A stretch of 64,000 bases of DNA, from NCBI RefSeq assembly GCF_006345805.1, contig NC_043012.1:9300001-9364000 (forward strand), read 5' to 3'. This document shows, piece by piece, positions 27,540 through 41,004 of the stretch. The stretch comes from Octopus sinensis (taxonomy: Eukaryota). The notes beneath the pieces are model-generated. The model ran no database searches. It saw nothing but the letters and a program-made list of their open reading frames with translations, and was not told the DNA's origin. Numbering within the stretch: the first letter of the stretch is position 1; each line of letters starts with the position of its first letter. The position numbers and the translations under genes are program-made.

Positions 27540-27840
27540 GAAGGCACTTGGTTTAGTGGTTAGGCTATTTGGTCCACGATCTCACGGTTATGAATTCTGT
27601 TCTCGGTGGCACATTTTTGTCCTTGAGCAAGACATTTTATTTCACGTTGCTCCAGTCCATTCAGCTGTACTACAAAGGGCCAGCCTCATCATATTCTTAG
27701 TCACGTTGGATCTCCCCGAGAACTACGTTATGAGTTTATGTGACTGTGAAGTTCGTAGCCACTTGCACGTTAATTTTGCGAATAAGCTGTTCCGTTAATT
27801 GGATCAACTGAAACTATTCTTCTCGTAACCGACGGAGAGC
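27540..27840 (+). mobile_element. SINE with tRNA-like head, CORE-like domain and tail variant B
   Basis: tggtttagtggttagg..tgtccttgagcaagacattttatttcacgttgctccagtcca, then ccccgagaactacgtta..gctgttccgtt..cgtaaccgacggag, which is shared with 8298-8687. Confidence 0.75.
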
Positions 27841-28382
27841 GTGTGTCTTTGTTTGGCGACCGACAAACATGCACAGCGCCAAACTTAATGAATGAATTAT
27901 TATATAATTTAATGTGGTCTAGAATTGAAAGCCGATCATTCATTACACATGTTCCTTTCAAGGGACACTGTAAACAGCAAGACCCAGAACAGTATTCGTC
28001 GACACCATGTTCAATGGTGTAATAAAACAATCCTGGTACACTTTCTCCTTTCGCGTGAAAGGAAGAAAGACAATCTTTAACAGAAGAATAATACAAGAAG
28101 CAGTAAAGTGGTGATTGGAGAATTGTGTCTACTCAAATTGAGCTGACGTTGGCTCGAACCTAGCAGCAAAGTCAGCGGCAACATGTATTCACAGCATCTC
28201 GGTAAACAGCTGCACTGGTGTGTGATTATTGACAATAACTTTGCTTGCGTGGAGGAATAAATGAAAATCTTTCTTTGAAAGAATTTATTCTAAACGAATA
28301 TTTCAGTACTGCAGACTAACAATGGAAATAAACAGAAAATTCTGTAACAGAGTATCTTTGGGGTTCTGAGTTGAAAGTACCT

Positions 28383-29209
28383 AAGCTAAAGCACGCAGAA
28401 TAAAGCCGCTGGCACAGATTCACCTTCATCTCTGCTGTACGTGTGCACTGACCGTTAACGTTCTAGATTACTTCCACTGTTTGCAGCGGTCCTTGGCAGG
28501 AACGTGTGTAATGAATGATCGCCACATTGACCATGTCAGAGAACGTTGAGCAGGGTATCTGCATCAAATATTGCCAAAAGCTTGCCGATACCTACTCAGA
28601 GGCCCACGCAAAGTTTTCAGAAAGTTTTCATCGTTCTCAACAAAATCAAGATCTTGTGCAACTAAAAATTGCGTGTGTTTTTGGTCAGCTGAAAGCAGTT
28701 TTAGCATAGACACGTGTCTCGTACCAAAATCTTTAATGATAATAGACTGAACTGTACCATAACTAATTTGCACATCCTCTGATAACTCATGGATGGTGAT
28801 TCGACGATTTCCCCTTAGAGCTGCACGCACATATGCGACGGTTTTCCCAGTTCTGCTGGTTGCGGGTCTCCCAGAACATTCATCAATATCGGCATTTTTC
28901 GGCCATGTTGAAAACGTCTTAACCCCTCGTACAATTGTGTGCGGCTCATACACTCATCTCCATACACTTTTTGCAAGCTTGCGTAGGCCTCTGCACAGGT
29001 ATCACCATGACAACTTTCTCTGTTATGGTCATATGCTACACACCTTCCTTGTAAGCACTGCTGTAACAGCGGAAATGAGCCAGAACGTTAAAACTTAGTG
29101 CACCTGCACAGCAGAGTTCAAGGTCAATCTCTGCGAAGCGGCTTTACACTGCGTGCTTTAGCTTCGTTACTATGGTGACAGTCTGGATACTTATTGATCA
29201 GACGTCGTA
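28383..29209 (-). mobile_element. Rearranged mariner element made of two inverted 5' halves
   Basis: The minus copy has TA plus TIR CGACGTCTGATCAATAAGTATCC and a transposase HTH region (SGRPATSRT..NRRITIHELSEDVQISYGTVQSII). The plus copy (28383-28620) repeats the same 5' UTR and MSENVEQGICIKYCQKL. Confidence 0.8.
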
Positions 29210-29304
29210 CATATACATACATACATACACACGTACATACATACATACATAGAGACATACATACATAGATACATTCATAAATAAATACATATCTATCTAT
29301 CTAC

Positions 29305-29397
<93 letters not shown>

Positions 29398-29399
<2 letters not shown>

Positions 29400-29553
29400 C
29401 TTCATATAAAACTGTCTGATGAACGGCAACGAGAAACTCAGAGTAACAGATATTGTTGAATTTTCTGCTGCTTTAAATAAAGCATATTACTCTACCACTG
29501 GTATTTGAGTACTCTTTTTTCCACCTTGTTTCACATTTATGTGTTTACTCCGG

Positions 29554-29556
<3 letters not shown>
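29398..29556 (+). mobile_element. Penelope pLTR-like fragment between (TA)n tracts, hammerhead family 3
   Basis: 29412-29449 reads CTGT-CTGATGA-acggcaacga-GAAA-CTCAGAG-TA-ACAG. Stem I is CTGT/ACAG and stem III is ACTC-A-GAGT. Stem II is weak. Confidence 0.6.
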
Positions 29557-29593
<37 letters not shown>

Positions 29594-30410
29594 TTACAAG
29601 GTGTTAAAAAGATGGATTTCGCTCAGAACGCCAGTATTACCTCCTGACATGGTCTTTTCGGTGACGAATAAGCCGAGCTAAACCGAAAATTATTTTTTCA
29701 TTATAAAAATCGGTGAACGAAACAGTTAACATTTGTGCGAAAGGTAGACGCTTTAGAATTAAATTAATATACGCACTAGAAACAGCTTCAGATGAAAGTG
29801 TGCATACACGTTAATAAGTCGTATACAAACATGAAAAGGCAATAGCTGCAATATTTAGTATCTTAGAAGCTTCTCAAAGAAGAGAAGTCTTTGTCAAGTG
29901 CACAGAGCTGATAATGTCGGTGGATTGCTAATCTTATCTATTAATGGGTTAAACTATGTCTAAATGATCTTCTCTCTCATCCTAGAACCATAATCGATCA
30001 TGGTATTAAAATTTTGAGTTCGTTGTACAAAAGATATTTAACCAGACTGCCGAGTTCAAAGAGTTAGGATTAGGAAGAGGTCTTTGAGTATATAAGATAA
30101 TAAGGATTAACATGAAAACAGATTTAGATTCAGATTGACAGCAAAGAAAGTAGAGTGGTACATTTTGGGAAATTACATACTGTAGCGGTCATTTGTTTGT
30201 TTGACTGAAAAATAATTATTTGTTCCTGATATGATCAACGTAATTAAAATGATATATGCTTGTTTGAAAATTTATCTTGTACAGAAGGTCCTTGGAATCG
30301 GGTTATTAATGATGTTCGTAAAATTGGTCTTGATGTCAGGGATTAGGAAAGGCATGGTCAGAATCATAGACATAGGAGTAGTAATAATAGAATTGTAGGT
30401 CTTTCTTGCC

Positions 30411-30690
<280 letters not shown>

Positions 30691-31229
30691 GTATCACTGT
30701 CTGTTTTTGTGCTTGTGTCTGTGTGTGTACGATTGTACGCGCCCGTCTGCGTTTGTGTTGTGTAAAGGCGCATGGCATAGGGATTAGTGCGTTTGAATCA
30801 TGATCGCGATTTCGATTTCCAGAAATGAGAAAAACACTTCATTTTCTGCTCTTCCTTTCCATTCATCTGAAAATGAGTTACAGAGGCCTGTGAGTACTAT
30901 CCAGTGTGGAGTACTGTATCTTAGTCACATGTACGACATAGAAACTAAGATAAAGTCCGACTTTGTAATCCAGTGAGATCATGACAGACCTAAACTATAA
31001 CATACATACACACACATACACACAATATAGGTATGTATGTATATAAGTGCATATAAATATAAGTATTATGAATATACATACTCTTATTATGTACATCTGT
31101 GCATGTATGTGTGTTTGTGTTTGTGAATGTTTGATAAACCAGATGACAGATTAAATGAACCGGAAATTTATTTGGCGAGATAGAATTACAATTGAAGAAA
31201 TCTTTCTGTAAAACAAATCCACGTCGTTA

Positions 31230-31470
31230 CGTCTGTTTCGAACTACAGGTCACATTTTTTACTTCTCAGCCAATCAGCATGTACTGACTGCAATGACGTG
31301 GACACTGGAAGAAGGAGAATGGAACCAAAAACATTTGACGCCGGACAGGAAGACCTGAATCGCAGGAGTACTTCCTATAGAGGTGTTAAGAGAACATCAT
31401 TCATAAGAGAACATCGACCATAGTGGCAGGAGATGATGCGTTATGTCTCTCATATCATGGAGGCCCTAAG
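31230..31470 (+). pseudogene. Highly decayed RTE LINE 3' fragment
   Basis: gcaatgacgtggacactggaag..ccaaaaacatttgacgccggaca resembles AMTWTPEG..GRPKTTWRRT. Confidence 0.4.
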
Positions 31471-32663
31471 CCTATGGCAGTAAGCGATGATGGTAGCGAA
31501 ATATAAATTACAATTTTAAAATATGTCAGACAAAAATCCCCCTAATAATATTCCTCTAATGTAAATACGCATACTCTATGATCTTAAATATGCAATATAG
31601 TGAGTTAAGAGATTACCTTTACATATAAAATAATTCTATTAGTTGTGTTTTAAAAAAAGAAATAAGCAATCGGCGAATCTAAAATCTAAAATACCATAGG
31701 AGTGCATCTATGAAAACAATTGAAATGAAAACGGCAAGGAACTAATTCCAATAAATTTAGATAATCATAATTTTCGGATATTGGAATGCATAAATTCTGC
31801 ATTGGATACCATATCCGACTGAGTGCTCCCTGCTTTCGTAATACAAACTTCCTATTTTAAACTGATCCAAAATAAAATCTTTGATCAAAATTTTATATTA
31901 ATTTGTGTTTCAAAAACCGGCTTAATAACGACCGAATTTTTTTACTAAATTATTTCTTCATTATTTTCTAAATTAATTGAAATAACGGTAGTATATTTAA
32001 ACAGAAATATACTGCTCCTGTTTCAATAAATTTAGTTCAACAGAATTTGAATTACATTAACCCAACAGTAGAGGGTGGAAATGAACTCATGGAAACCATG
32101 TGCCAAATATATGGAGAATGTATTTCCGTATTTCCGATGTTCATCATATTAGAGTAGATCTGGTCATTAAACCTAATATGTTTCGCTACGATAAGACCTT
32201 TTCAGTGAAGCATTTCCTATGCAGTTGGAAAAGCGTCAAAGAAACGATGTGTATATAATAAAAATGGGAATGAAATGATGATGATTATGAACATGAATAA
32301 TGTGACAGCAGTGCTTATCGTTTACTTAGTGCTAACATAGAGATATTTGTAGTGGCGAACGTTGGTGGTGACGAAACATGTGTCGGTGTTGATGAAGGCG
32401 GCTACGTTGTATTTTAATGTTTGCAGATGATTTATTTGTATTCTCAGTAAAAAAAAAAAAAAAAAAAATTGCAAACAACATCGAAATTGCATTCTCTGAT
32501 ATATTACCTTTTTAATTTTTACATTTTTGTATTTTTAAAACACTGAAAATGTAAATCCTCTCAACACAGTCTTTTATGCTTCAAGTGCTCACGGATATTT
32601 CCATTGTTTCTTTATAATAAGGCATAATTTGTAATTCATTAATATAAATACATTACCAGAAAC

Positions 32664-32677
32664 ATACTACTACTACT

Positions 32678-32722
<45 letters not shown>

Positions 32723-32862
32723 ATACCACTATTGCTGCTGCTGCCGCAGCTGCAGTTGCGGCTACTGCCACTGATACATATAGCAATAATAATAATAATA
32801 ATAATAATGATAATAATAATAATAATAATAATAATGATGATAATAATAATAATAATAATAAC

Positions 32863-32909
<47 letters not shown>

Positions 32910-32912
32910 TGA
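32664..32912. repeat. (TAC)n and (AAT)n tracts
   Basis: Read directly. Confidence 0.95.
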
Positions 32913-33121
32913 TAATAGAGAATGATGATGATTTGTTTTGTATTAATGATAATTTCATTATTATAATCGGCTTCGCGGGTGTAAATAGTAAGAACAACCT
33001 TTTAAAATGTGATATTGTGTATATTATCCAATTTTCTGTTATTGAGAGGCGTTAAGTAAAAATATCTGAGTAAATTAGATTATAATTACAACAAAATAGC
33101 AGGAGAATACAAAACGTACAT

Positions 33122-33190
<69 letters not shown>

Positions 33191-33438
33191 TATATATATA
33201 CATGCATACATACATATACACACACATGTATATGTATATGCAAATATACATATATATATATATGTGTATATATATATATATATACATATATGCATATAAA
33301 TAAATAGATATACATATACAAATATATGAATATATGAATATTAATGAATATATATAATTATCATACCTACACACACACACACGCACACACATATACATGT
33401 ACATATATTTTGCATGTGAATGTGTTCACGTGTGTACA

Positions 33439-33496
<58 letters not shown>

Positions 33497-33994
33497 GTTT
33501 GTTTATGTATATATTTATTTGCATGTATGCATGTGTATGTGAGAGAGAGAGAGAGAAAGAGAGAGAGTGACAGTGAGAGATAGATTAATAGAGAGTAGTA
33601 TAGAGAGAGAGGAGGAGGAAAGAGAGAGCGAGAGAGAGAGAGTGATAGAGAGAAAGAGATAGTGAGCGGGATTTATTAAATGGGGAGTAGAAAGAGTACA
33701 GTATGTTTCTGAACGGAAACCAACGTTAATTGTTAAGAAGTTTCATAAAATAAGACGCCGATGGTGGAAGCAGTGGTATTGGTGTAAGACAAGAAGAGGG
33801 TACCATGGGTGCTATTGGCAGAAAGGACAATAGCAACAACAACAGCATCTAGGAAAGCCGTACGAGTATCATCAGTATTTAAATCGAATGTAATAAACCT
33901 TATCAAATACTGCAAGAACGAAATTTTGCTCCTAATTATTGTCACAAATTCCATCAATGAAATCACTAAATCCATCACCAGTAATTACCAACAT

Positions 33995-34195
33995 CTTCAT
34001 GATTATGATGATTATGATGGTGATGATGATCAACATCATCAACATCATCATCATAGCCGCCGCTGCCGCTACCGCCACCACCACCACCACCACCATCACC
34101 ACGACCGCCACCACCACCACCACCACCACCACAGCACTATCACCACTGCCCTTCACCACTATCATCATCATCATCATCATCATCATCAACAACAG
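33995..34195. repeat. (CAT)n/(CAC)n trinucleotide tract
   Basis: Read directly. Confidence 0.9.
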
Positions 34196-34342
34196 TAGAA
34201 AATAGCAACAACTGAAAGGAAATCAAAATTATCGATTCCTGCATTTAGAACTATATATGGTGTGTAAATCATACTTTCTGTTCAACTGCTAAATTATTAT
34301 ACATACATACATACATGCATACATACATACATATATATATAT

Positions 34343-34524
34343 AGGGAGAATTCACGAAAAAAAACAAAAGACGACGACAGGTGTTGTAGAAAACAAACAA
34401 ATGTATTAGTAAAACGCTCGGGAACAGAAAGTCTTTTACGTTTCGAGTCTACGCTCTTCCACAGAAAGGAACACAGAAAGAAACAAGGAGAGAAAAAATG
34501 TGTGTAGTGGCTACCGATCTATCA
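34343..34524 (-). mobile_element. Hammerhead family 2 element
   Basis: Minus strand 34433-34468 reads CTTT-CTGTGGA-A-GAGC-GTAG-ACTC-GAAA-CG-TA-AAAG. (TA)n on both sides. Confidence 0.65.
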
Positions 34525-34629
34525 TATATATATATATATGTATATATATATATGATAGATCGGTAGCCACTACACACATTTTTTTCTCTCCTATATATAT
34601 AATATATATATATATATAACCGATCTATC

Positions 34630-34707
<78 letters not shown>

Positions 34708-34743
34708 GATAGATCGGTAGCCACTACACACATTTTTTTCTCT

Positions 34744-34746
<3 letters not shown>
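34486..34746. repeat. Inverted duplications centred on (TA)n tracts
   Basis: AGGAGAGAAAAAATGTGTGTAGTGGCTACCGATCTATCA-(TA)n-TGATAGATCGGTAGCCACTACACACATTTTTTTCTCTCCT. The right arm recurs at 34707-34746. Confidence 0.9.
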
Positions 34747-34777
<31 letters not shown>

Positions 34778-35145
34778 GTGTGTGTGTGTGCGTGTATACA
34801 GAGTGAGTGTATGTGTGTATACAGGCTTATCCGTTAGATTGCTTTCACGAGTCTCCGAGTAACCAGAAATCGTGTAAATAAAGAGAGACACTCTTTTTAA
34901 GTATATTATCGATGAAAACCCACAGACAAGATTGAAACAATTAGTTATTGAATTCGGGAGAAAACACACTCACACACACTTAGCCTTACACTTAAATTCC
35001 CCACACATGTATCCACACACACACACACGACAAAGGTTTCGTTCATAGTCTCCCTACATGCAAGCACATATACAAACATACCTATTGGTAATTTTTTTCC
35101 TACATATTTACGGTTATTATTTCTATGCTCTATATTTGTGTTCCG

Positions 35146-35340
35146 TGTCTATCTATCTATCTATCCGCTCAGTTGAAGTCGACTCCCGGCTACTCGTTGG
35201 ATCAGTGTCCTCCTGTCAGTTCTATCCAGGGCCGCTTCTTTCAGATTGGCTATGTCCATTCCAGTATCCCTCTTGATGGTGTCAAGCCAGCGGGTTTTTG
35301 GTCGGCTTCTTCCTCTCTTGCCACTGACCATTCCGAGCGA
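35146..35340 (-). pseudogene. RTE-BovB-like LINE 3' end
   Basis: The minus strand translates as LGMVSGKRGRSRPKTRWLDTIKRDTGMDIANLKEAALDRTDRRTLIQRVAGSRLQLSG*, followed by an (ATAG)n tail. Confidence 0.8.
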
Positions 35341-35494
35341 TCTTCGTATATTCGAAACACCTTTGGACGAAGTTGTTTTTTAATATGCGCTTCATTCTCT
35401 CGTCAAGAGCTCGCTGTGACGGTCGATTCTAATTGGTTTGAATTATTTACGATAGTGTTTCTTGATAAAGTATGTGTTGGTTGTTTGTGGGACA

Positions 35495-35590
<96 letters not shown>

Positions 35591-35745
35591 ATGTGTGTGT
35601 ATGTATGTGTGTATGTGTGTGTGTTTTTGTGTGTGTGAAACAACACATTGGGTTGTGGTTCATTACAGCTGCTTTATACTTTCTCATGGTGCTTTTACCA
35701 TTTAAATACCTAATTCTTTCGAATCTTGAGAATATATATACATAC

Positions 35746-35788
<43 letters not shown>

Positions 35789-36427
35789 GTCCTTCCCTAC
35801 AGTTTCTCTCTTAACAAAACAGCAAATAAACTCAATTAGATTTCGAGCCCGTATGCGGGTAGCTTTGCCGGATGGTTATTTTGCCTGCTGTCACTACGCT
35901 AAGTTTATAGCTCAATTGAATTTTAAGTTCCAATTTATAAATAACAAAGTGTCGAAAACTTTGACTTCGATCAAATGGATTTACAAAAACCGAAAGCAAA
36001 ACGAAAAGCACGTAATTATGGATGCATATGGTAAATAGCTTGGAATGGTGTTTTCGATTTGGCGATAAACAGAACAAAATAATAGTTTTGGTAATGTTGT
36101 ATTTATTTCTTTAATTGAGTTGCCTTTTAACCAATTTGCTTTTAACCTGTTTCCCATTAGAAGAAGAAAATAGACCCCAGCTATTTCAATTGTTCTTTTC
36201 CTACGGAATTAAACATTCTATTTTGTTGTCTTAAAAATATTCAGTCCTTACACTTCCGGAGAAAATATTCTTCAAAGAAGTCAGTTTAAAACTGGTCAAT
36301 ATCAATTACTTTGATTCGTTCTGAAGATTTTTGTCTTTCACTCTTGCAGTAGCAAAAAATTGACACAGTAGTGTTGCTTGGGCCATTTTATTATCTTAAT
36401 AAGAACCATGTTGCTCTCTCTTTCTCA

Positions 36428-36630
36428 TTTACTCTTTTAATTGTTTCAGTCATTTGACTGACTGTGGCCATGCTGGAGCACCGCCTTTAGTCGAGTAAAT
36501 CGACCCCAGGACTTATTCTTTGTAAGCCTAATACTTATACTATCGGTGTCTTTTGCCGAACCGCTAATTTACGGGGACGTAAACACACCAGCATCGGTTG
36601 TCAAGCGATGTTGGGAGGACAAATACATAA

Positions 36631-36693
<63 letters not shown>

Positions 36694-36855
36694 CGACAGG
36701 CTTCTTTCAGTTTTCCGTCTATCAAATCCATTCATGAGGCTTTGGTCGGCCCGAGGCTGTAGTAGAAGACACTTGCCTAAGTTACTACGCAGTGGGAATG
36801 AACCCGGAACCAAGTGGTTAGTAAGCAAGCTACTTTCCACACAGCCACTCCCGCA
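36428..36855 (-). mobile_element. CORE-like SINE (family A), full length
   Basis: All family blocks are present. Confidence 0.9.
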
Positions 36856-36977
36856 TATATGTAAACTATAAACAATATATAGGACTGCAATTTTGATGCA
36901 TTCAAATCTCACCGAGAGCAGCAAATTATTATTTAATTCTGTGTCATAAAATAAATGTCAATAAGGTACTGGATCAA

Positions 36978-37360
36978 GGTAGCAAGCTGGCAGAATCGTT
37001 AACTTGCCGGATTCCGTCGAGGTCGACTTTGCCTTTTATCATTTCAGGGACGATAAATTATGTACCAGTTGCGCACTGGGGTCGATGTAATCGACTTAAT
37101 CCCTTTGTCCTTGTTTTTTCCCTCTATGTTTAGCCCCTTGTGAGCCATAAAGAAATAAGAATCGTTAACTTGCCGGGCAAAATACTCAGCGGTATTTCGC
37201 TCGTCTTCACGTTCCGAGTTAAAATTTCGCTGAGGTAGACTTTATCTTTCATGCTTTCGGGGGGTCGATAAAATAAGTTCCAGTTGAGCATTGGGGTCCA
37301 TTTCATCGACTAACCTCCTCTCCCAGACTTTCTGGCTTTGTACCAAAATTTGAAATCGAT
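36978..37360 (+). mobile_element. Nin/Deu SINE with a truncated Nin/Deu SINE (37011-37157) nested in its head
   Basis: 19-bp TSD AGAATCGTTAACTTGCCGG at 36992-37010 and 37158-37176. Confidence 0.85.
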
Positions 37361-37903
37361 AAAATGCTGAATCAATTTGAACAACAGTAGCTCTTGTCTT
37401 TCAGTATCATTGCTGTTCAACTGACTGATTATTATCCTAGAAACAGGCCTGAGGGCGAATCAAATTTTCTATTGCACGCACGTCAAATTATCTTAGAGCC
37501 AAGCTAGAGGGTGAATTCAATTTACATTAAATTTTCTATTTGTGGTTAAAACCATTTCACTTATTTGTATACTTTTGGACATAAACATTTTTCATTTTGG
37601 TTCCCAAAGTCTAGATATTTTTATGCTGTAGGGAAGAAATCATTGTTTGTTTCGATCAGAGGAGATGAATATAGTGAACGTGTTTGATTTCAAGTTCCGT
37701 TAAAGTCCCCGGTCTGTCTTTCAAATGGATTTCCTATAATACGATTTGATATTCCATGGTTAATTATATCAACTCTGTAGTAAAGAGCAAAATGTGGGGT
37801 TGGTTCGCATTCTGTGAAGAGAACTTACCTCTGACGAGGACCCAAGTATCATATTAATACGGTTAAAAGCGATGAGTGGAGACAAGTGGTAGGTAGATAT
37901 TAA

Positions 37904-38127
37904 AGAGCTGGTAGAAACGTTAGCGCGCCGAGCGAAATGCTTAGCGGCATTTCGTCTGTCGCAACGTTGTGAGTTCAAATTCCGCCTAGGTCGACTTTGC
38001 CTTTCATCCTTTCGGGGTCGATAAATTAAGTACCAGTTACGCACTGGGGTCGGTGTAATCGACTTAATACCTATGTCTGTCCTTGTTTGTCCTCTCTGTG
38101 TTTAGCCCCTTGTGGGTAATAAAGAAA
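37904..38127 (+). mobile_element. Nin/Deu SINE with 14-bp TSD
   Basis: TSD TAGATATTAAAGAG at 37894-37907 and 38128-38141. B box GAGTTCAAATTCC. Confidence 0.9.
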
Positions 38128-38326
38128 TAGATATTAAAGAGAAATCAAAGGCGATATGAACACGAGGAACCATAAATAAGGGGAGAACACCATCTAACAC
38201 AATAAGGAAGGATAAAAAATGATAATTGATGGAAATAAATAGAAAAAGTAAAACTATTGAGTTAACGGCTTCCGTGTCTCTCACTCATGCCTGTCCTGTG
38301 TCTAACACACCGTCCTGGTACACATC

Positions 38327-38544
38327 GTCTGGCTAGTCCTTCTTTCTCACAAATTTCGTCCCTCCGGAATCTTCACGAAACGGTTTAAAACGGAATATTA
38401 ACATCATGAAACTTATCTATCTTGAAAGGTGACCTCTACATACCTTTCAAGATAGATAAGTTTCATGCTGTTAATATTCCGTTTAAACCGTTTCGTGAAG
38501 ATTCCGGAGGGACGAAATTTGTGAGAAAGAAGGAATGGCCAGAC
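38327..38544. mobile_element. Near-perfect foldback element (about 103-bp arms, 11-bp spacer)
   Basis: GTCTGGCTAGTCCTTCTTTCTCACAAATTTCGTCCCTCCGG..TTGAAAGGT, then GACCTCTACAT, then ACCTTTCAAG..GAAAGAAGGAATGGCCAGAC. Confidence 0.85.
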
Positions 38545-38975
38545 TCAGTAAGTAACAAAAAAAAAAATAAAAGAAAAAAGATTTCGGAGATAGAAAGAAG
38601 AAAGTAAGAATGAAAAATAACGAGATGGAAATGGTAACTCAAATGTAACAGAATAAGAAGAGAAAATATGAGGAATAGAATTGGTAAGGTATGAACGGTA
38701 CCGAGTACTAATAATAACAAATTTGTTTACAGGAAAAATTTCTCATGAAAGTCAGTCATGCTTGCAGTAGATTAGTAGATCGACGACATCCAAATAATAT
38801 TCCTTGTCTTTTACGACAAAATGTTTGGAAGAAATTGTTATGTGGTAACCAACTTCAAAAACTCTCTAAAGATCGTTGCCTAGCATCTTTAAACTACACA
38901 GTAGCTGAATTTCTTAATAAAACTTCTGTTGAAATATTTGACATGAATCCCTTCAATTTTGGAATCATTTTGAAC

Positions 38976-39385
38976 CAGGAGTGGCTGTGTGGTAAGTAGC
39001 TTGCTTACCAACCACATGGTTCCGGGTTCAGTCCCACTGCGTGGCACTTTGGGCAAGTGTCTTCTACTATAGCCTCGGTTCGACCAAAGCCGCGTGAGCG
39101 GATTTGGTAGACGGAAACTGAAAGAAGCCTGTCGTATATATGTATGTATATATGTGTGTGTGTATGTTTGTGTGTCTGTGTTTGCCCCCCTAGCATTGCT
39201 TGACAACCGATGCTGGTGTGTTTACGTCACCGTCACTTAGTGGTTCGGCAAAACAGACCGATAGAATAAGTACTGGGCTTACAAAGAATAAGTCATGGGG
39301 TCGATTTGCTCGAGTAAAGGCGGTGCTCCAGCATGGCCGCAGTCAAATTACTGAAACAGGTAAAAGAGTAAAATAGTAAAGAGTA
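38976..39385 (+). mobile_element. CORE-like SINE (family A), full length
   Basis: GGAGTGGCTGTGTGGTAAG..GGTTCAGTCCC..TTGGGCAAGTGTCTTCTACTATAGCCTC..(taaaagag)n. Confidence 0.92.
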
Positions 39386-39837
39386 TCTATAATCATATTT
39401 CTATATAATCTAACATCTTTATAAGTCACTGTATCTTTGCTCTGGTTTCCACCCTCATAGTTCTATGATATGTTAAATCTATTTTGGAGTTGCCCTGTAT
39501 ACATTTAGACGTTACGGAGCCTCATTATATATAGGATGCACGGTTGAAGCTGCAATTTTCATCAGTTGATTAATATCCTCATTCTGGCACAATTCAAATT
39601 TATTTATAACATCATATTATTCTCTTGGTTATCATTTTAGTTAGGTAGAAGCAGATCAATAAATTTTGCACATAGTTCAACACAGTGTAAATGTGCAAAG
39701 CTTCGTTTGTAAATGTTCATAATTAATAATTTTCTGTAATTGTAGAATTCAAGAAAAATATTACCGTTTGAAAAGACGAAAAGAAAACAACAATTACACG
39801 CGTAAAATATGAAGTTAAAACGAAGCAAAATGATAAA

Positions 39838-40070
<233 letters not shown>

Positions 40071-40158
40071 ATGCCGAGGAGAAACATGTGAATAGTTATT
40101 GCATATAATTGGTCAAGAATTATGTACACATACTCAAAGACATACGTATATGTGGGCG

Positions 40159-40190
<32 letters not shown>

Positions 40191-40205
40191 GTATATGTAC
40201 GAGAT

Positions 40206-40611
40206 CAGTGGCTGTGTGGTAAGTAGCTTGCCTACCAACCACATGGTTCCGGGTTCAGTCCCACTGCGTGGTATCTTGGGCAAGTGTCTTCTACTATAGC
40301 CTCGGGCCGACCAATGCCTTGTGAGTGGATTTGGTAGACGGAAATTGAAAGAAGCCCGTCGTATATATGTATATATATATGTATGTGTGTGTATATGTTT
40401 GTGTGTCGGTGTTTGTCTCCCCAACATCGCTTGACAACCGATGCTGGTGTGTTAACTTCCCCGTAACTTAGCGCTTCGGCATGAGAGACCGATAGAATAA
40501 GTACTGGGTTTACAAAGAATAAGTCCCGGGGTCGATTTGCTCGACTAAAGGCGTTGCTCCAGCATGGCCGCAGTCAAATGACTGAAACAAGTAAAAGAGT
40601 AAAACAGAGTA
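40206..40611 (+). mobile_element. CORE-like SINE (family A), full length
   Basis: All family blocks are present. Confidence 0.92.
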
Positions 40612-41004
40612 ATAAGTGTCCGAACTGTTGCAATAGTAACAAAGCCAAAGCACGTAAAGTGAAGTAGCTTGGCTCATCCAACGGAAAGCAGTAAAATAAT
40701 AGAAAATAACAGTAAGCGAGGAAACGGATAAATAATTAAAAAGCATACCTACAAAGATTATGCAATTCAGAGGCTCATATACCATGATTTCGGGTTCTGG
40801 CCCGATAGGCCTCAACCTTCTTCAGTATGAGTTGCTGGGGCACAAATTCCAGATCTGCCACACTATAGATTCATCTGCGTTCTGGTTTGCTTTGCGACAA
40901 AAACCAGTCCGCATGGTGCAAGTATTTATGAGCAAAACATTCGAAATCTTAACATTCGAAATAAGGTGTAACTACTGTTAATATCACCTATACTCTTTTT
41001 TTTT

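Noticed and set aside
30000-30390. Possible ancient RTE 3' end
   Set aside because: Only faint motif resemblance, not enough to call.
33809-34205. His-rich ORF
   Set aside because: It is a (CAT/CAC)n microsatellite, open in several frames on both strands, with no domain or splice support.
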